DNA from: Caproicibacter sp.
Lineage (GTDB): Bacteria; Bacillota; Clostridia; Oscillospirales; Acutalibacteraceae
Assembly: GCA_036824225.1 (NCBI GenBank)
Contig: DAITAP010000002.1
Coordinates: 1 to 41,443, forward strand
DNA length: 41,443 nt
Direction of reading: 5' to 3'
Shown here piece after piece: positions 38,316 through 41,443 of the stretch. The translations under genes were made by a program, and so were the position numbers. The notes under the pieces were generated by a model. The model did not search any database. It saw nothing but the letters and a program-made list of their open reading frames with translations, and had not been told where the DNA came from. Positions within the stretch are counted from its first letter, which is position 1. Every line of letters begins with the position of its first letter.

Positions 38316-38906
38316 ATGAAGAACAGAATGACGGCCCGTAAAAAGCAATCGCTTGAAACGAGAAATAGGATATTCCAATGTGCCACCGAGCTCTTTGCAA
38401 AAAATTCTTATGAAGAGGTTAAAATCAGCGATATTTGCCGTGCGGCGCATGTTTCCACCGGCGCGTTCTATCACCATTTTGCCACAAAGGAAGACATCCT
38501 CAACGAAGGGTATCGGGATTTTGACGAACTGGTACGAACGGCATGGGAGGGACACTCTCGGACTGATCTTTTTGATGAGATCCGCTTTTTGATTCAGTTT
38601 CAACTTGAAGCCATCTCGGCCAACGGGTATTTATTTGCCACGCAGTTTTTCAAGAATCAACTGAGCAATAAGGAGAAGTACATTCTCAATCCGGATCGGT
38701 TTTTTTATCAGAAAATCCGGGAACTTGTCGCGGAGGGAGTGGAGACGGGCAAGCTCGCGGGAGATGTGTTTGCGATCACGGAAAACATCCTGAGAGTCTC
38801 ACGCGGCACGATCTATGACTGGTGCCTGCACGAAGGCTCCTATGAGCTTATCCCATGCGGGATCAGAGACATCAATCTTGTCCTTGCGTTTTATAAAAAT
38901 CGGTAG
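38316..38906 (+). CDS. TetR/AcrR-family regulator
   Basis: ISDICRAAHVSTGAFYHHFATKEDI HTH; start ATG 38316 after GAGG. Confidence 0.93.
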   Translation: MKNRMTARKKQSLETRNRIFQCATELFAKNSYEEVKISDICRAAHVSTGAFYHHFATKEDILNEGYRDFDELVRTAWEGHSRTDLFDEIRFLIQFQLEAISANGYLFATQFFKNQLSNKEKYILNPDRFFYQKIRELVAEGVETGKLAGDVFAITENILRVSRGTIYDWCLHEGSYELIPCGIRDINLVLAFYKNR

Positions 38907-38967
38907 CATGTAAAATTTTGTGTAAAGTCCAAATATCAGGATAAGAACAAACGTCCCTGGCATGACA

Positions 38968-39013
38968 AAGCCTCCATTGTCTCTTTTTCCGTCGCATATG
39001 ACAATGGAGGCTT
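38968..39013. terminator. 14-bp inverted repeat after tetR
   Basis: AAGCCTCCATTGTC...GACAATGGAGGCTT; no clear T tract. Confidence 0.55.
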
Positions 39014-39102
39014 ACACAATATTTTCAGCATTATTTGCCGGTCCTGCCGGAGTGCCCTTTCCGCTTACAGGGCATGGAGAGGCCGCGGTTCAACAGGCGG
39101 TT

Positions 39103-39131
39103 TTGATTTCGCATCGTAGGTATGTTAAAAT
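39103..39131 (+). promoter_or_regulatory. sigma-A promoter
   Basis: TTGATT-17-TAAAAT with TG extension; SD AAGGAGG at 39144. Confidence 0.6.
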
Positions 39132-39158
39132 ATAAAAACATATAAGGAGGTGTCCGGG

Positions 39159-39893
39159 ATGCCGGTCGAGCGTAAGGGGGAAAACGTCACCATCACAACG
39201 GAAAGCGGAACGATGACGGTGGCGCCGCTGAAACAGGTAAAAAGCGGGGTTTCAGACGAGGTCTTTCAGGCGTGGCTTCAGGAATGCGCAGACAGGATGA
39301 AGCCGAACCGCCGTTCCTCAGACGGGCTGGAAGCCTATCTGAGGGAACTCTGTGATCTGGAACCGCTGCCTTTGGAGCATCCGCAGGTCCGGTCCTTTTT
39401 AGACGGTTTGATCCTGAGGCATTTTGGAGATCGCCTGGAGCACCGGCCGCCGCTTTTTTCCGGCGGCATGACAGATGAGGAATTGGAAAACTGGAAGCGG
39501 GAAACCGAAGCCCGGCGGGACGAAGTCGAAAAGCTTCCGCCGGAGCGCTTCGGGCTGAAGGTCCATGGATTCCATATCCTGCATACTGAAAAAAACGAGC
39601 CGTTCATCGACGCCGACCGCCGGGAATGGTGGCAAAAGTGGGGCAATGAACATTGCAAAGACCAGAAGCCCAGCGCGGAACCGGAAGGTTATTTTTGTTA
39701 TGAGGAAACGACCGGAGAAGGAAGCGGATCGGGATTCGGCGGGATCGCCTTATCCCGGAAGTCCGCGCTGTTCCTTGGCGTCTCGGAAAACGATATCGCG
39801 AGCCGCACTCCGCGTTTTTTCGGTTACGCGAGCGCCCTTATCGAGGTGGGAAAGCTCCCTTCGCTGCAGAAATTTGAAAAGGGCAGAGGCTGA
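39159..39893 (+). CDS. Hypothetical protein (244 aa)
   Basis: Long ORF with promoter and strong SD; no family recognised. Confidence 0.8.
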   Translation: MPVERKGENVTITTESGTMTVAPLKQVKSGVSDEVFQAWLQECADRMKPNRRSSDGLEAYLRELCDLEPLPLEHPQVRSFLDGLILRHFGDRLEHRPPLFSGGMTDEELENWKRETEARRDEVEKLPPERFGLKVHGFHILHTEKNEPFIDADRREWWQKWGNEHCKDQKPSAEPEGYFCYEETTGEGSGSGFGGIALSRKSALFLGVSENDIASRTPRFFGYASALIEVGKLPSLQKFEKGRG

Positions 39894-39900
39894 CTTGCAT

Positions 39901-40767
39901 ATGAAAAACGACAAGGGGAGGAGGCGCAGAAAAATGGCAGCGGTTTTCTTGATTCTGCTTGCCGCTTTTTCCCTTTGGATTTATTGGGGCAACACCTCCA
40001 TCCAAACGACGCAGGTCCGTATCGCCAGTAAAAAAATCCCGGCGTCCTTCCATGGGTTCCGGATCGTCCAGATATCCGACCTTCACAATGCAGAGTTTGG
40101 AAAGCATCAAAGCAGGCTGCTCGGCGCGGTGAAAGAAACGTCATCGGACCTGATCGCCGTCACCGGCGATTTGATCGACTCCCGCCATACGGATGTTGAG
40201 AAAGCGATGGATTTTATCGTCGGCGCCGTCCGGATCGCCCCGGTCTATTATGTGACGGGCAACCACGAAGCGAGGACCGGTCAGTATGCCATCCTGAAAA
40301 AGAAGATGGAGGATGCCGGCGTTTCGATCTTGAAAAATGAAGGCGCCGAGATTCGCCGCGGCAAAGATTTCATCCGCCTTCTCGGCCTGGAAGACCCCGC
40401 GTTCGCCGATCAACGCGGCTCAAATGCGGAAAATGCCGCTCTGGTCGGCGCAAAGCTGAAGAGCATGCAAAGCGAGGACGGCGCATACACTGTCCTGCTC
40501 TCCCACAGGCCGGAGCTGTTTGATGCCTATGCGGCCAACGGGATCGATCTGGCCCTGTGCGGACACGCTCACGGCGGGCAGATCCGCCTTCCTTTGATCG
40601 GCGGGCTGTTCGTGCCGAACCAGGGGCTTTTCCCGAAATATTCCGAGGGAGTCCATGAAAAAGGCCAGACAAAAATGGCGGTCAGCCGTGGGCTGGGGAA
40701 CAGCATCGCTCCCGTGCGCATCAACAACCGGCCCGAGCTGGTCGTCATCACATTATCCACGGAATGA
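39901..40767 (+). CDS. Membrane-anchored calcineurin-like metallophosphoesterase (YkuE/YaeI-like)
   Basis: N-terminal TM, SDLH, TGDLID, GNHE, LSHRP, GHAHGGQ. Confidence 0.92.
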   Translation: MKNDKGRRRRKMAAVFLILLAAFSLWIYWGNTSIQTTQVRIASKKIPASFHGFRIVQISDLHNAEFGKHQSRLLGAVKETSSDLIAVTGDLIDSRHTDVEKAMDFIVGAVRIAPVYYVTGNHEARTGQYAILKKKMEDAGVSILKNEGAEIRRGKDFIRLLGLEDPAFADQRGSNAENAALVGAKLKSMQSEDGAYTVLLSHRPELFDAYAANGIDLALCGHAHGGQIRLPLIGGLFVPNQGLFPKYSEGVHEKGQTKMAVSRGLGNSIAPVRINNRPELVVITLSTE

Positions 40768-40831
40768 AAAAGGAAACGGGAATGGATGTGAAATGCCCGC
40801 CTGAAAGTTTTATCGATCTTTTCAGAAATAT

Positions 40832-40880
40832 GACCTCTCAGGGAACAGCGGTTCGGCTGTCTGCTGGGAGGTCAATGTTT
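40832..40880 (+). terminator. Hairpin between convergent genes
   Basis: TGACCTCTCAG..ACAGC...GCTGT..CTGGGAGGTCA. Confidence 0.45.
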
Positions 40881-40971
40881 TCGTAAAAACAGGTATTGGG
40901 ATCGCCCTTTCCGTTATGTCTTTCCGTCCTCCCTGAAAATCAGCGCCCGCTGTCTCGCTGAGGAAAACGAT

Positions 40972-41223
40972 CTAACCTTTCAGTCCGTGAGATTGTCTCT
41001 CCATATCTTCTATTACGATGTCGTAAATTTCACCAAGGGAAGCACAATATTCCAGCACTTTCCATGGAGTGTTGGTGTGGAAATGAATTTTAATAAGGTC
41101 TTCGTCCCCGATGGCCAATAAACAGTCGCCCTCAATGTTGTGGGAAATATACTCGTTTATTCTGTCGTCTGAAAGATTTTCCCCGTCGATTAATAGCTGC
41201 GTATCATATCTGTATTTGAGCAT
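40972..41223 (-). CDS. Stand-alone FakA/DAK2-associated middle-domain-like protein (83 aa)
   Basis: YRYDTQ...GDCLLAIGDEDLIKIHFHTNTP..VLEY...GEI..I.IEDM; SD AGGAGG. Confidence 0.75.
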   Translation of the reverse strand: MLKYRYDTQLLIDGENLSDDRINEYISHNIEGDCLLAIGDEDLIKIHFHTNTPWKVLEYCASLGEIYDIVIEDMERQSHGLKG

Positions 41224-41443
41224 GGTATCCTCCTGCTTTTTGTAGCCCTGTATCGGGTTGACGGTGTGAGAAATCAACTTCAGCGTCGTGCCGGCGGCCG
41301 ATTTCCGGTGAGCTTCCGCAGTCACTTCCGCCGTCCCGCCCAACATCAACGCCTTCCTCATCACGGAGACGACATCGCGATTGCCTGCCGAAAATCCGGC
41401 TGCAGATACGTCTTTTTGTGATCAGTGCTTCCTGCCGTGGCTT

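Noticed and set aside
1..41443. CRISPR arrays, tRNA, rRNA, transposases, integrases, defence genes
   Set aside because: No spaced repeats, RNA gene signatures or matching protein motifs seen by eye; a covariance-model scan was not possible

Overview
Chromosomal window from a moderately GC-rich, spore-forming clostridial Firmicute (inferred from gene content; Oscillospiraceae/Caproicibacter-like is only a guess). Left to right: an oppABCDF peptide ABC transporter (- strand) preceded by a decayed second oppA-like copy; an HEXXH zincin-type peptidase; an ~18 kb LysR-centred tricarboxylate locus (8.2-26.1 kb); a gerA-C-B-D germinant receptor operon; a DrrA-type ABC exporter with two divergent paralogous MarR genes; a gpx-flavodoxin-OhrR-like operon; a 2-enoate reductase-like gene with a divergent TetR; a hypothetical gene plus a metallophosphoesterase; and a stand-alone FakA-middle-domain protein. 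The tricarboxylate locus holds two beta-decarboxylating dehydrogenases, two aconitase-family hydratases, a full citrate lyase set in the unusual order icd-citDEF-ybhJ-citC-citXG, a Pgl-type lactonase, an SLC13/MatC-like permease and a frameshifted 2-HCT carrier. It is the best candidate for an undescribed system: its promoters share a conserved operator/-35 block visible in the sequence, and its gene set suggests use of isocitrate/aconitate-type acids or their lactones rather than citrate alone. No rRNA, tRNA, CRISPR array or transposase was recognised.
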